A DNA stretch of 64,000 nt from contig CM059433.1 in the NCBI GenBank assembly GCA_030390025.1, positions 28,212,001 through 28,276,000 on the forward strand, read 5' to 3'. Below the pieces are notes generated by a model, which was not told the DNA's origin, searched no databases, and was given only the letters and a program-made list of their open reading frames with translations. The position numbers were made by a program, and so were the translations under genes. This document shows positions 12,202 through 25,443 of the stretch, in pieces; positions within the stretch are counted from its first letter, which is position 1; each line of letters opens with the position of its first letter. This stretch comes from Squalus acanthias (taxonomy: Eukaryota).

Positions 12202-13224
12202 GTGCGTGTATGTGTTCCTTTCCTATTCCCTTCCCCCCCACCATTGGTGGCCGTGCCTTCAGCTGCCTGGGCCCTAAGCTCTGGAATTCCCACCCTAAAC
12301 CTCGTGTGTGTGTGTGGTGTGTGTGTGCGTCTCGCTCTCTCTCCTTTAAGACACTCCTCAAAACCTACCTCTATGACCAAACTTTTAGTCACCTGTCCTA
12401 ATATCCCCTCCTTTGGCTAGGTGTCAATTCTTGTCTGATTACGCTTCTGTGCTGTCTTACTGTGTTAAAGGTGCGATAAAATTCAAGTTATTGTTCATCC
12501 GAAAGTTTGATAGAGTCGAGGAAAACTAAATATTTCTAACGAATTGGCAAGGATGGCTGGGTTAGATTAACCACTGGGTTCCTCTCTCTTCTCTTCCATG
12601 TTGACTCCTTGCTGGGCTACAATGGTATTGGCACTGGAACCCTCCGGCTCCTTGACCGTGCGTGTTAGTGGGCTATTTGACGATGGAAACAGTCACGGTT
12701 AGGCCTAATCCTGTCCTCACCTGATGTCCACACATATGTGGAACCAGCAAAGCATCCATCAGGAGTGTGAAGACTGGCTGATTTTTTTTTTTTCCCCCTC
12801 CCTAACCCAGGAATGTTGAGATCCGTTGTGGTACCTCAACTGAAATGCATGACGGGTAGTGTCAACCTGGGACCTTCTCTATGGTACAGTTACTCACTTC
12901 AGCAACTAAGCCACACTGACCATTGACAATCTCTCAAGACTGTCAGAGGAGGCCTCGAGCATCCTATTTTCCTACAATTTTATTTTCTTTCTCCAAAGTG
13001 TAATCTTGTCTTCAGAAGTTCCTAAGCAGTGAGCTATAATTTGAAACTGGGGGAAATGGGCCACAACTGAAGATTTAACTTTTACTTTGTGAAAGGAGTA
13101 AAATACAATATTTCACGTAATTTGAATTGGAGGCCAACTTTTAATCTGAAAGCTAGGGTCACGGGGTAATTTGATTTCTGTGTCGTGTGCACTCGAGAGG
13201 CACAAAGCTTTATTTGGTCCATAC

Positions 13225-13630
13225 ACAGGAACAGGAGTAGGCCATTCAGCCTCTTGAGCCTGTTCTGCCATTCAGTTAGATCATGGCTGATCTGTACCTT
13301 AACTCCATCTACTCACCTTGGTTCCGTAACCCTTAATACCCTTGCCTAACAAATCTATCCATCCCAGTTTTGAAATTTTCAATTGACCCCCAGCCTCAAT
13401 AGCTTTTTTTTTGGCGGGGTGGCGGGGGGGGAGCAAATTCCAGATTTCCACTACCCTTTGTGTGAAGAAGTGCTTCCTAACATCACCCCAGAATGGCCAA
13501 GCTATAATTTTAACATTATGTCCCCTTGTTCAGGACTCGGCCACCAGAGGAAATAGTTTCTCTCAATCTACTTTATCAACTCAATTAGATCACCCCTGTA
13601 ATCTTCTATACTCAAGGGACTACAAGCCAT
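13225..13630 (-). mobile_element. CR1 LINE 3' fragment
   Basis: Homologous to 18585-19130 and 43265-43715. Confidence 0.8.
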
Positions 13631-13974
13631 TCCGACTGGGACATATAACAGAGATACTGCTTCTCACTCAATGATTTGCTTTATGTCAAATACTCTGGCC
13701 TCTTCCACCACCATCAAAGAAAAATGGGCCAATTTTCCAAATCTGCCCTATTTTAATGATCCCAATGGATGATCTTGATTTTCCTGAGAATTGGATTGCA
13801 GCAACTCTTATTTGACAAGCCATGTAGGTTCAACAAGCCAACTTACTACTCTGTTAAACTAACTTTTAGAACATATGTTTTTGAAGATGTCATGTTTTTT
13901 GTAAGTTGGGCTCTACACTTGTTATGTAAGGGTTAAGTAGTTAAGATGCAAATCAGCCATGATATAATTGAATG

Positions 13975-14485
13975 TGATGGAAAACTCTCCACTTGCCTGA
14001 ATGAGTGCAGCTCCAACAACACTCAAGAAGCTCGACACCATCCAGGACAAAGCAGCCCACTTGATTGGCACCCCAACCACCACCTTAAACATTCACTCCC
14101 TCCACCACCGGCGTACCGTAGCGGCAGTGTATACCATGTACAAAATGCATTGCAGCAACTCGCCAAGGCTTCTTTGACAGCACCTCCCAAACCGTGACCT
14201 CTATCACCTAGAAGGACCAGGGCAGCAGGCGCATGGGAACACCACCAACTCATTCCAAGTGACACACCATCCTGACTTGGAAATATATCGCCATTCCTTC
14301 ATCGTCGCTGGGTCAATATCCTGGAACTCCCTCCCTAACAGTACTATGGAAGTACCTTCACCACACGGATCGCAGTGGTTCAAGCAGGCGGCTCACCACC
14401 ACCTTCTTGAGGGCAAGTCGGGATCGGCAAAAACTGCTGACCTTGCCAGCGACGCCTTAATCCCGTGAATGAATTTTTAAAAAAA
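13975..14485 (+). mobile_element. LINE 3' fragment
   Basis: Homologous to 53710-54222. Confidence 0.78.
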
Positions 14486-15387
14486 TTTGCGGAACAGGCT
14501 CAATGGGGTGAAAGGCCTTCTCCTGTTCCTCTGTTCCTACACACAGTGAAGGTATGGTTCAGCTGAAGCAAGATCCCTACTGCCGATTTCCATGTTTGCA
14601 AGGATTTAATAAGGACCTGGAGCGAAGACTGCAGTCCTTTTGAATGCTGTTATTGTTGTCTGGTTGTGCATGTCCACTTTGAACTTGTCTGATCCATATC
14701 CTGGTGGCTAATTGACTGGAAGCAGTTCCTGACCTCGTTGTGAAAGCTGAAGTCTGACAGAGTCCCAGAGCATGTCTCAAACATTTTGCAAGAACCATAA
14801 TTTTAGAGCAGAAGTGACTTCACAGCAGGTTTTAACCACCACTATGATCTCATTGGACCTCAACAGCCTCGCTTTACAGCTCTTGGCATGTTTCTGATAG
14901 GTCCTCCTGCCTCCTTAGAAATCCAGCTGTTACCCATTAGGATGATAAAGAAAGGCGCATTACTTACACACTTTGAAGTAAGGTATACTCCACACAACTG
15001 GCTTCTGACACTTCCCTCTTGACTGTGGTACGCAACCTTGGTGTGCCGATTGACCCTGTGCTGAGCTTGAAAACCCAAGTCTTAGCAAGCCCAAGGCCCG
15101 AGATTTCCACCTGCACAATATTGCCCACTTCTGCCCCAGTCTCACCCTACTGCGGACAAAACCCTTATCCTTGCCTTTGGCTTCACTTCCAGCCTTGATT
15201 GCTCCAATGCTGTCCTTGCCAGTCTTGTCAATTGAACCCTTCACAAATTGTAACTCATCCAAAACTCTGTCGCCCACATCCTCTCCTGCACCAAGTCCTG
15301 TTTCCCTATCCTCACTATGCTCGACCACCTTTATTGGCTCCCTAACTCCCAATTTCATTGATTTCGAAAGCCTTGTTCTCTCCTTGT

Positions 15388-15770
15388 AGAAGATTGAGGG
15401 GTGATCTGACCGAGGTTTTAAATGTTAAAAAGAATCGATAGGATAGATTCAGAGAAAGTATTTCCTCTCGTGGGGGAAATCAAGATCGAAGGCGACATTA
15501 TCTTAAAATTTGAGCTGGGCCATTTAGGATGGAAATCAGGAAGCACTTTATCTCACACAGGGCAGTAGAAATCTGGAACTCTCTCCCAAAAGGCTGTGGA
15601 TGCTGGGGGTCAATTGGAGATTTCGGGACTGGCATTGAAAGATTTTTGTTAGGCAAGGGTATCGAGAGATGTGGAGCAAAGGCGGGTAAATGGAGTTAAG
15701 ATGCAGGTCATCCTTGATCTAATTGAATGGCGGAACAGGCTTGAGGGGCTGAATGGCCTACTCCTTTATA
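15388..15770 (+). mobile_element. CR1 LINE 3' fragment ending about 40 nt before the large ZNF451 exon
   Basis: RRLRGDL...KHF...WNSLP remnants and CR1 tail. Confidence 0.8.
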
Positions 15771-15806
15771 TAAATGTTTAACTTTCTGGGTTTTTTTCTT
15801 TTGCAG

Positions 15807-17410
15807 AACGCGATGCAGAAGGGCTGGTCCTGTCGCTGTGTCTGCGAAAGATATTAGCCAGGTTGCTGTGATATTCAAAGTGAGGGGATGCTGTCTGGAC
15901 TGCAGCAAGCTATTTGTGGATGAGAATCAGATTAATCAGCACACCCAGCAAACCATGCATAACATCCAATGGATACGCACCATGGAGAAGGCCATCTTGG
16001 AATTCTGCCAGTTCAACGAGAAGAGCAAAACCCCCTCTGACCTCCGCATGATGTTGGATCAGTCGAAGGCCAAGAAGAACTCTCCGTTCAAAAGACCTCT
16101 GGCCGAGACGTGCCCTGGCACCAGGGAGCCCACCTTGCCCAACTCCAGCAAGAGGAGCCGGAGAGAATGCAACGACGTGCACGTGAAGGAAGAAAAGGTG
16201 GAGAGTGACAACGGCCCGGGAGTCAGGCTGTGGTTTTGTGAATGCTGCCAGCGGTTTGACACCGAAAAGGCGGTGGAGAAGCATGTTATGGCAGCCAATG
16301 GAATCCGCCACAAGTGTTTGGTCTGCGGCAAACTGGCGCTCGATGCCGGGATTATTGGCTTGCACATGAGCCGCAGTCATGGGGGAGCTCACTTGACCCA
16401 CTACCACTTCTGGTGTGAAGGCTGCCAGGCGGAAATGCTAAGGCGAGATGATCTGATGTCCCACATTGTGGAGTGCCACAGTGGCCACGCTTACTATTAC
16501 GAGAAGGAAGTAGACGAAGATGAGTTGATGGCTTTTGAGCCCTCTTCGTCCAAATTGGCGTGGCGCTCGACGGATTTGGAAGGCAAAGATGGCGAAGGGT
16601 TGCAGCTGGAACCGAACAGCCCCGAACAGGGAGCTGCCGCAGCCGATGGCTCGTGGCAATGCCGGTTGTGTGAGGAGATGTTTGAGTCGGAGGAAAGCGT
16701 CGCTCAGCACTGCAGCTGCCTGGCAAACCACCAGTTTCATAAATACAGCTGTGGCTTTTGCAAGAAGCACTTCCACAGAGTGGAAACCTTGTACCGTCAC
16801 AGTCGGGATCAGCACGACAGCGAGCTGAGTGTCAAGTATTTCTGCGGACTGTGCGACGATATTGAGTTCAATTCTGAAGGTGAATTTCTTGAGCATTACA
16901 AGGCTTTCCACAGCACTGATTATGTCTTTGTGGAGCACCGGGATGCCGCTACCGATAAAGAGGTGGAAGAGGAGACGGAGGCTCCAGAGGAGCACGGGCA
17001 TTTGTCCTGTGGGTGTCGGCTGCACTACAACGTCAAAAAGTTTAGAAAGGAGGATAGCCGCATGTGCATGAGAAACCTGTTCGACCAAGGGAAGCTGTGG
17101 TTCCGCTGCTCGTGTTCCGCGACAGCCCAGTCCGAGGAAGACGTGCGGAATCATCTGGCGGAGCGCCACGGGGCGAGAGGGATGGGCGCCGGGACCTTTG
17201 CCGTCAAATGCATCTGCGGCAAGGCTTTCAACGACTGCGAAAGCGCCCAAATGCACTACCACAACAAGCACTGCACTTTGCAGGAGATACAGCTGGCAAC
17301 CTCTTCGCCAGCTGACGGCAAAGCCGCACAGTGCGGCAACGCCAAGGAAACGCCGCGAAACAACGACGCTGAGGCCTCGACCAGTCAGCCGATGTTTATA
17401 ACCACCAAAG
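15807..17410 (+). CDS. ZNF451: ZNF451 large zinc-finger exon (1604 bp, multiple C2H2-type fingers)
   Basis: TTGCAG acceptor and AAG/GTAGCC donor; corresponds to most of ORF 15838-17574; motifs LHMSRSHGGAHL, WQCRLCEEMF, KYFCGLCD, GKLWFRCS. Confidence 0.96.
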
Positions 17411-18584
17411 GTAGCCTTCGTATTACGCTTGCCCAATCTATACCAGCAAGTTGGTCAGTGGCAACTGTTCCTCAGAAAGACAGGGAGGTCACTTATTGTG
17501 CCGAGAGACTTAGCAGAAAAGGTAGTGAGCTATGGATTGAATTAAGGGAGGAAAAGTTTAGCACAAAATTGTAAATTACTAATCCTATAACCTGTTCTAC
17601 AGCCGACCAAGTATTGTTTAAAGGAGCTCTCTCCTGCACTGTCTTTTTCTTTCCCTCTGGCTCTCGCTCTGGTCGGCTGTCTCTCTTTCTTTCTCTCTCT
17701 GTCTTGCTCGCTCTTTCTCTCTCGTTTGCTCTGTTGTTTTCTCGCACGCTCGCGTTTGCTCTGTTGTTTTCGCGCGTGTCTCTCGCTCTTGACAGTGAAA
17801 TCTGTAAGTTACGGACACCTTGGGGACTGGCATCCGCTGCCTTTTTTTGCAGTTGTCCTTGGTGTCATAACTGTCATTGTATGTAGCGTGGGGGGAGAAA
17901 AAAATCAGTACAATGGGGAGCCCTTCCCAGCATTCATAGCGGCAGAGAAAACGCTGCATCTCTGGGATGGAGCTGTGCAAGCATTCAATCCCAGAGATAG
18001 AGCAGTGTCTCTGCCACTGTGCATGCTGGGTAAAGGGCTCGCCATTCCACAAAAGCCGTTTTTTTTCATAAATGCGCTGCGGCCTCACACTGCCCTGCAT
18101 ACACTGACCTCACGGGAATTTGGGGGCAGAAAGGAAGCAAGCTGCAAGGGGCAGCGAGAGAGACTCCGTGAAAGATCCTGATGCAGCAGCTTCGCAACAG
18201 GCTGTGTGCGCCCCGTCTTTTAAGTTGTAAAAGGGCTTGGTGCGTTGAAGCCTTTCTGTAGTTCGTAGTTTGAGTGTTTGTGGTTTCAGAGTACCTCTTG
18301 TTTATTTTACCATGCAAGTTATTTGGAACTGTCAATAAGTGTGTGTGTGTGGGGGCGGCGGGTGTATACGGGTTTCACTGTAGTATCAGTGTTTCGACTT
18401 TTGAAGGAACATAGACTGGAGTTTTCCACTCGGCAGCTGGATGATCCCGAGCTGGTGATTGCCGAGGTGGAATAATCCCGTCATAAAGTAGAGTAGTAAA
18501 TAGAGGCAAGAGTTCGCTTCAGTCTATCCATCATTTGAATCAGCAATATACTTGTTCCAGTGACAACACAATATCCTTACCAAG

Positions 18585-19130
18585 TTATAGGAAAAGGAGT
18601 AGGGCCTGCAGCCTGTTCGCCATTCAGTTAGATCATGACTGATCTGTATCTTGGTTCCATCTACCCGCTTTGGTTCCGTAACCTTTAATACCCTTGCCTA
18701 ACAAAAATCTATAAACCTCAGTTTTGAAATTTTTAATTGACCCGCAGCCTCAACTGCTTTTTGGGGAGTGAGTTCCAGATTCCCACTATCCTGTGTGTGA
18801 AGAAGTGCTTCTTGACATCACCACTGAACGGCCTGGCTCTAAGTTTAAGGTTATGCCCCCTTGCTCTGGACTCCCCCACCAGAGGAAATAGTTTCTCTCT
18901 ATCTATCCTATCAAATCCTTTAATCAGCTTCAACACCTCAATTAGATCACCCCATAAATCTTCTATACTCGAGGGAATACAAGCCTCGTCTATGCAATCT
19001 GTCCTCATAATTTAACCCTTTTAGCCCCGGTATCATTCTGGTGAATCTGCACTGCACCCCCTCCAAGGCCAATATATCCTTCCTGAGGTCCAGTGCACAG
19101 AACTGAATGCAGTTCTCCAGATGGATTTGA
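18585..19130 (-). mobile_element. CR1 LINE 3' fragment
   Basis: ORFs 18733-19008 and 18947-19153 encode CR1 RT C-terminal motifs. Confidence 0.85.
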
Positions 19131-19559
19131 TACTGACTTCTTCGTTTGATCACCGTGGCAGACGTGTCTTTTTGTTTAAATTTGGCTCCTAACTGTTGCT
19201 TGTTAAATACGCCCCAAGACAGTTTGAATGCTCCAAATGTACGGATATTTATTTTGGAGACTTTCTCCGCTGTGTATCTGGGGTGGGGGGGGGAGGGGTT
19301 CTGTCATGGTTTAAGAACTAGGGTGTGTTACAGATGTCTGTAAGAGTTGCACATGGTCAACTAGACTGGCTCGCTCGTTCTTCATGGATGATGATAAGCC
19401 TTGCCTCAACAAGCCTATGTGCTGAAATAGCCTTCAGCTGAGCAAAGCAAACCAGCATGTACAATAAATGGAGCTGCTTAATTTGAAGTTCCAGTGAAAC
19501 TGGATTTACTTGAGTTAAAGTGTTCTTGCATGTTGATTTAAATATTGGGAAGACCAAAG

Positions 19560-19905
19560 CCATTATTTTTGGTCGCCGTCACTAATTCCATTCCCTAGCC
19601 ACCAACTCCACCCTCTCCCTGGCCACTGTCTGAGGCTGGACCAGACTTCGCAACCGTGACCTCCTACTTGACCCTGAGCTGAGATTCCGACCCCATATCC
19701 TCTCCGTCACCAAGGCCGCCTACTTCCACCTGCATAACATCGCCCGTCTCCGGCCCTGCCTCATCCCATCAGCTGCTGAAACACTCATCCATGCCTTTGT
19801 TCCCTCTATATTTGACTACCAATGCTCTCTTGGGCGGCCGCCCATCTTCCACCCTACGTAAACTTCAGCTCCTCCCGTTCCGTTCAGTCATCACCCGTGC
19901 TCGCT
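19560..19905 (+). mobile_element. L2 LINE fragment
   Basis: Homologous to 52445-52830 (AYFHLHNIARLRP, AETLIHAFV). Confidence 0.75.
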
Positions 19906-20061
19906 CGGGGAAACTGATTTTATCTGGTATTGCACTATGTGGAAAATACAAAGCTACTTTTGGGAGGTTTCATTCTACGCTCCATTTGTGTGGGAATTCA
20001 TTGTCCAAAGGTAGCACTGATTCCAGCTGTTACAACTCTCTTAACCCCTGCCAAACCTAAT

Positions 20062-20171
20062 GGGGGTCATTTTAACCTTACCCTCTCTGAGGGAACGGGG
20101 CGGGTTTGGGTCAGATGCCTGTTTTACACGATTTTCTGCTCTATTGGGCAGCTTGGGTTACAATTATCCCC
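20062..20171. mobile_element. Tiny MITE (Harbinger-like)
   Basis: Imperfect TIRs GGGGGTCATTTT / AATTATCCCC with AAT on both sides. Confidence 0.5.
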
Positions 20172-20218
20172 AATATGTCTCCTTTAAACAATCAGGTCTG
20201 GCTGCACTTGGTAACAAT

Positions 20219-20608
20219 GGGCTGGATCTTGCAGGAGCGGGACATCTCGTGGCATGCCCCGTTAGACTTTTTCCCTTGCCCTTCAACTCAAAAATGTTTT
20301 TGCGCCCTAACTTGCTGGAAGTGCGGGCTGATATCGGCGCGGCGAGGGCAACAGGGCATCTGGGACCTTAGTGAATGACGGGATCAGCAGACTATCTCCT
20401 CAACCAATGAGATTTAAGGATAGAGAAAGAAACCGAGAAGGAAATGGGGTGAATTAGAGTCAAATCAGGTACAGAAAGAGAACTAAAGGGAGATTGGATA
20501 GAGAGAGAAAAGAGATAGAAAGGAAAAGTAAGATTAAAAATATAAAATTTGTGCATTAATAACAGTGTGTTGTTAACACGCCATTATTTTTCCAGCAAGG
20601 TCTATCCC
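20219..20608. mobile_element. Harbinger-like MITE (partial homologue at about 36395-36680)
   Basis: TIRs GGGCTGGATCTTGC / GCAAGGTCTATCCC; internal sequence repeated upstream of BAG2. Confidence 0.6.
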
Positions 20609-20762
20609 ATTGAATTAACAAACTAAGTGCTTCCTGGATGGGTCCATTGTATGTTTAGTTTATTCGAAAACTTTTAGAAGTTGTTACTTTGCAACAATTT
20701 TTAACCTTTTTGTTTAATTTTTTTCTTCTTTCTCCCTGTTGATATATTTTACTAACGAGTAG

Positions 20763-20924
20763 AAAAGGAAGCCACAATTCAGGAAGAAGACATTGAGTTG
20801 CCCGACTTGGACCTGCTCCGCACAATGACTCACCTTGTCTTTATCGATTTAGATAATTGGGCAGGCTTCTTCAACCATTTACCGGGACATCTTAACCAAG
20901 GCACGTTTTTCTGGGGCTTTGAAG
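20763..20924 (+). CDS. ZNF451: ZNF451 coding exon, start of PIN-like domain (ELPDLDLLRTMTHLVFIDLDNW...LPGHLNQGTFFWGFE)
   Basis: TAG acceptor (tandem GAGTAG), GTTAGT donor; phase 1 in and out; matches the ZNF451 C-terminal domain. Confidence 0.92.
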
Positions 20925-22801
20925 GTTAGTTCAATATGTCGACGTTTTTTGGTTTTTTTTTGAAAGGGGAAAACCTTCTTGGATTATGGTTGTGACTGAA
21001 AAATACATAGAAGTTACAACATGGTACCGGGCCATTCGGTCCATCCAGCCCGAGTTGGCGTTTACCCTCCCCGCGAGCAATTAGTTCTGATCACATTTTA
21101 CTCTATGCTCTCATCCTTCAACCCCATTTCTTTCTCCCACCTATCCTATCTAATCTTGTGTTGAGAGTTTCTGTGTCAAACACTAACCCTGGAAGTGAAT
21201 TCCACAGCCTCGCAACTCTGAAGAGGTTTCTCCTGCCCTCTGTTCTAAATCTCTTGCATCTCTGACTCCTCGTTCTAGACCCCTCAACTACTGGAAACAG
21301 TCTGCTTCTATCAACCCTGTCCCATCCTTTCATCATTTTAAATGCTTAAAATCATCGAATCTTACAGCCATTTGGCCCATTGTGCCTGTGCCGTCTCTTT
21401 GAAAGAGCTGTCCAATTAGTCCCACACCCCAGCTTTTTCCCCCATCACCCAGCAAATTAGTTCTCTTCAAATACATGTCCAATAAATAATGGTCAGGACA
21501 CCGGGGAGAACTCCCTGCTCTTCTCTGGAATAGTGCCGTGTGATCTTTTACGTCCACTTGAGAGGGCAGATGGGGCCTCGGTTTAACGTCTCATCCAAAA
21601 GACGGCACCTCCGACAGTGCAGCGCACTCTCGATAGTGCACTGGGAGTGTTGGCCTAGATTATGTGGTTAAGTCTTTGGAGGGGGCCTTGAACCCACTGA
21701 CTCAGAGACGAGAGTGCTACCCACTGAGCCCTGGCTAAACACTAATTGATTCCATCGTATTGTAACTCACTGTTCTAACGAAGAAAGCCCCAATTTTGCC
21801 AGCCTTTCTTCATATTTGTATTTCCTTATACCAGGCAGCATCCTGGAGAATTGGTGTTGTATCCTCAATATCCTTCCTGTAGTGTGGAGCCCAATACTAC
21901 ACACACTTCTCTAACTGAGGTCTTATTAAGGTTCAGTACAGAATCATTATTACCTCTTTGATTTTTTTTATATTCTATACCTCTTGTGTTTTACAGCCGT
22001 ATCAACCTTTGGTGCTGCCTTTAATTCCACTGAGAGCCTGTACCCGCAAACCTCTCCTACTTCCAGTCAGAGTATAATTACTCTTGTTTTTTTATTACGA
22101 AAAGACATCTTCTTTCGCTTACTGACTTTGAATTCCATCTGCCACTTTTTAACCCCATTCCCCCAACTTATCCGTATCCCTTTGCAGTTTCCATTGGTCT
22201 TAAGAATTAACTACACCTCCTATTTTTGTATCATTTGCAAATTGCAACACCGCTGCCTCTGGGCCAATATCCAGATCATGGATATACAACAACAACAACT
22301 TGCATTTATATAGTGTCTTTACAATAGTAAAACATCCCAAGGCGCTTCACAGGAATGTTATCGAGCAAAATTTGACACACAAGTGGCCTCGGAACTGAAC
22401 TCTGGGACACCTCTACCCACTTCCAAGCACCCTGGAAAAGCTCTCAACTCTGGTTCCTTCGAACCAATTTTTAATCCTGCTTGCCGTCCTCCCCAGTAGT
22501 GTTATACCCGTTAAAGTAAACCTTATTACTTTAAAATAAAGTTGGACTGAGTTGGGAAAACAAATTTTAACTTAATGAAAATCAAATTTAAAACGTATCA
22601 TCGGGGAAGAAGTAATAAATGTCTGATTAGCGAGCGAGAGCATCCAAGATGTACGCAATGCAGCTGGATGCTTTATTTGCGTGTTTGATTATGAGAAGGG
22701 TGAATCTCTGTGTTCTTTTCTTATCTTGGACTTGTGTCTTTTTAAAGATCCTCATTTTTCTACAATTCATAGATTTTTTAATTAATTTTTTTTTTCCTTA
22801 G

Positions 22802-22932
22802 GTGGAAAGACTCATTGGAAAGCGCCAGAAAACTGTCCTGTCTACAATTTTCTCGTCAACACTGGATGTTTTTTTCTTCATCCACGGTGCAGTGCAAGGA
22901 AGGATGCTGCTGATTTTGCCATCTGCATGCAT
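22802..22932 (+). CDS. ZNF451: ZNF451 coding exon (GGKTHWKAPENC...FLHPRCSARKDAADFAICMH)
   Basis: TAG acceptor and GT donor; KDAADFAICMH motif. Confidence 0.93.
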
Positions 22933-24061
22933 GTTCGTGTTCTTTGTTTTTTTTTAAACCCTGTTCGTTTATACGAATCAATGCCGTTCATGTTTAGGGG
23001 GTGAGAAAAGCCACGCCTTGCCTTTATTTTTTAAGTTGTAATTGATGGTGTAATTTACATCGCTGACTTAGATTCAGAAATTCAAACGCCAAGTGGTAAA
23101 GATCTGCAGGTGGGGGGGGGCAGTGGAATGCAAGGAGGCAATGACCAGAGTTGGGACATAAATATGGATGTGGGCAGAATAGTGGCAGATGAAAGAAGGA
23201 ACTTACATTTATATCCCGCCATTCGTGACCTCCGGACTTCACAAAGCACTTTACAGCCAATGGAGTCCTTTTGAAGTGTAGTCACTGTTGTAATGTAGGA
23301 AACGCGGCAGCCAGTTCTGTGCACAGCAAGCTCCCACAAACCGCAATATGATAATGTCCAGATCATCTGTTTTAGGTGTTGGTTGAGGGATAAATATTTT
23401 GGTCAGGACACCGGGGATAACTCCCCCACTCTTCTTTGAAATAGTGGCCGTGGGATCTCTTATGTCCACCTGAGAGGGCAGATAGAGTCCTGGAGGTTAA
23501 AACACTGCAATCATTAAAGAAACCATTGGATGCTGCAATGGGGGGCGGAGGAGCGGGAGGTGTAGGGCCTTTTCTGGATGAATGAATTAAGATGGACCAA
23601 ATAGCCTTCCTCTTCTGTAATTATTCTAATTTTCAACAGATGATGGTCATGAATTTTTTTGGTATTGCTTATGTCATTGCCTGTGTATTTGTAAACAAAG
23701 TGCAGTCCTCACCACCTAGCAGTTGCTAAGTGTTACTTCGCTTTTTGATTTTACCACCCACCGCATATTGCGGGCAAATCGCGTAAACACCAACGCAGCC
23801 GCTATACGCGAGGGGGACTATAGTTGAGGCTGTTGCATGCACTTCAATCTGGGAGAAGATTCAACCCATGACCCTGTCAATGGAGGTTCGTTGAGAGGAA
23901 GGGCAGTCACAAATTTATCTAATTGGAACAGCCCTTTTTTCCAAAAGCTGTTCAGCAATTTATTTGCTGAACCCTATGTAAATCTCAGATAATCCAACAA
24001 GTGTGTTTGTTTGTAACGATTCGCTTCAATCAAAATTAGTACCAGATAGAAGGCAAAAAAA

Positions 24062-24555
24062 ACCATAGAATTGTATAGCGCAGAAGGAGGCCATTCGGCC
24101 CATTGTGTCTGTGCCAGCCTTCTGTCAGTTTTTCCTTATTTGCTATCAAAACTCATCATTTTGAACACCTCTATTCAATCTCACTTTATCTTCTCTGTTG
24201 TAAGGAGAACAATCCCAGCTTCTCCAATCTCTCCACATAACTGAAGTCCTTCATCCCCGGTATGATTCTAGTAAATCTCCTCTGCACCCTCTTGAAAGCA
24301 CCGTCCTTCCTGAAGTGTGGTGCCCAGAATTGAACACCATACTCTAGCTGAGGCTTAACTGGTGATTTATAAAGTTTTAGCATAACTGCCTTGCTTTTGT
24401 ACTCTATGCCTCTATTTATAAAGCCAAGGATCCCATATGTTTTTTTTTTAACAGCCTTCTCAACGTGTCCCACCACCTTCAAAGACTTGTGGATATGAAC
24501 CCCCAGGTCTCTCTGTTCCTGCACCCCTTTTAAAATTGTGCCATGTAAATTATAC
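24062..24555 (-). mobile_element. CR1 LINE fragment
   Basis: ORF 24186-24524 contains QRDLGVHIH and LEYGVQFWAP. Confidence 0.85.
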
Positions 24556-24707
24556 CATTGGGGAATAGAATAGTTGCAGAACTTGTGACTAATGGAAGAA
24601 ACGTCAAGTTTTATTTTATGTTCTCTTTTTCTCTCCTCTCCAACTCCTCCTTACTTCTGTGACCTTTCCCAACCCCCCTCCCCCTCCTTGCTCCTACCTA
24701 TCTTTCT

Positions 24708-24734
24708 CCCCCCCCCCCCCCCCCCCCCCCCCCC
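24708..24734 (+). repeat. Poly-C run (27 nt) just before a splice acceptor
   Basis: Direct reading. Confidence 0.9.
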
Positions 24735-24746
24735 AACCACTTACAG

Positions 24747-24933
24747 GCCGGGCGTATGGATGAGCAGTTGCCAAAGCATATCCCTTTCACCGTACTCTCT
24801 GGAGACAAGGGCTTCGAGGAGTTGAAGAACCAGTTGAAGAAAACAATGCGTCCGGGCCACATTCTGAACCCTCACCAGATGGAAGGGGAGCTGATGTGTG
24901 CCTTACTGAATAGTATATCTGATATTGGGAAAG
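24747..24933 (+). CDS. ZNF451: ZNF451 coding exon (AGRMDEQLPKHIPFTVLSGDKGF...ALLNSISDIGK)
   Basis: CAG acceptor after a poly-C tract; GT donor at 24934; PIN-like SGD motif. Confidence 0.92.
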
Positions 24934-25406
24934 GTGGGGCAGAAGCCGTAAGATGATAAAGAAAAGTTAAATCCCATGGCACTGCTTAACTGGAATAAAT
25001 GCGTCTATGATTCCTACATTGACGTTGGATGTAATTTTCTATTTTTGGCAACGGTTGGGTTTTTTGAGATGCTTTTCTGAACGTGGTGTTTTAAAGTTGT
25101 GAAATGTAGCTGTAAGCAATGTTCCCGTAATTTTTTTGGGTGCGCGGCCCCTTCAGTTTCACGTGTGCACGAAATTTAACATTAGAGAGCTGGTCCCGAG
25201 CTGTGTGGCCGCACAGCGTAGAGGGAACGTTGGCTGTAAGTATGCGTTTTTGCATTTGGTTAAGTTTTTTTCTTCAGAAAGCAGCCACCTAACTAGCTGC
25301 GGAAACCAAAGCGAAATACTGCGGATGCTGGAAATCTGATGGAAAAGCAGAAAATGCTGGGAAAATACTCAAGCCGGTCAGGCAGCATCTGTGGAGAGAG
25401 AAACAG

Positions 25407-25443
25407 AGTTAACGTTTCAGGTTGATAACCTTTCGTCAGAACT
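25407..25443 (-). ncRNA. Minimal hammerhead ribozyme motif in a second repeat family (repeat about 25310-25445)
   Basis: Reverse complement reads AGTT-CTGACGA-A-AGGTT-ATC-AACCT-GAAA-CG-TT-AACT; a degenerate copy lies at about 11700-11810. Confidence 0.72.

Noticed and set aside
15910..17436. Long antisense ORFs (332 aa and 165 aa) over the large ZNF451 exon
   Set aside because: These are shadow ORFs of a GC-rich coding exon with no recognisable domains.
17411..17574. Extension of the 578-aa ORF beyond the donor site
   Set aside because: A GT donor at 17411 joins the next exon in frame and the extension has no ZNF451-like character. It is intronic read-through.
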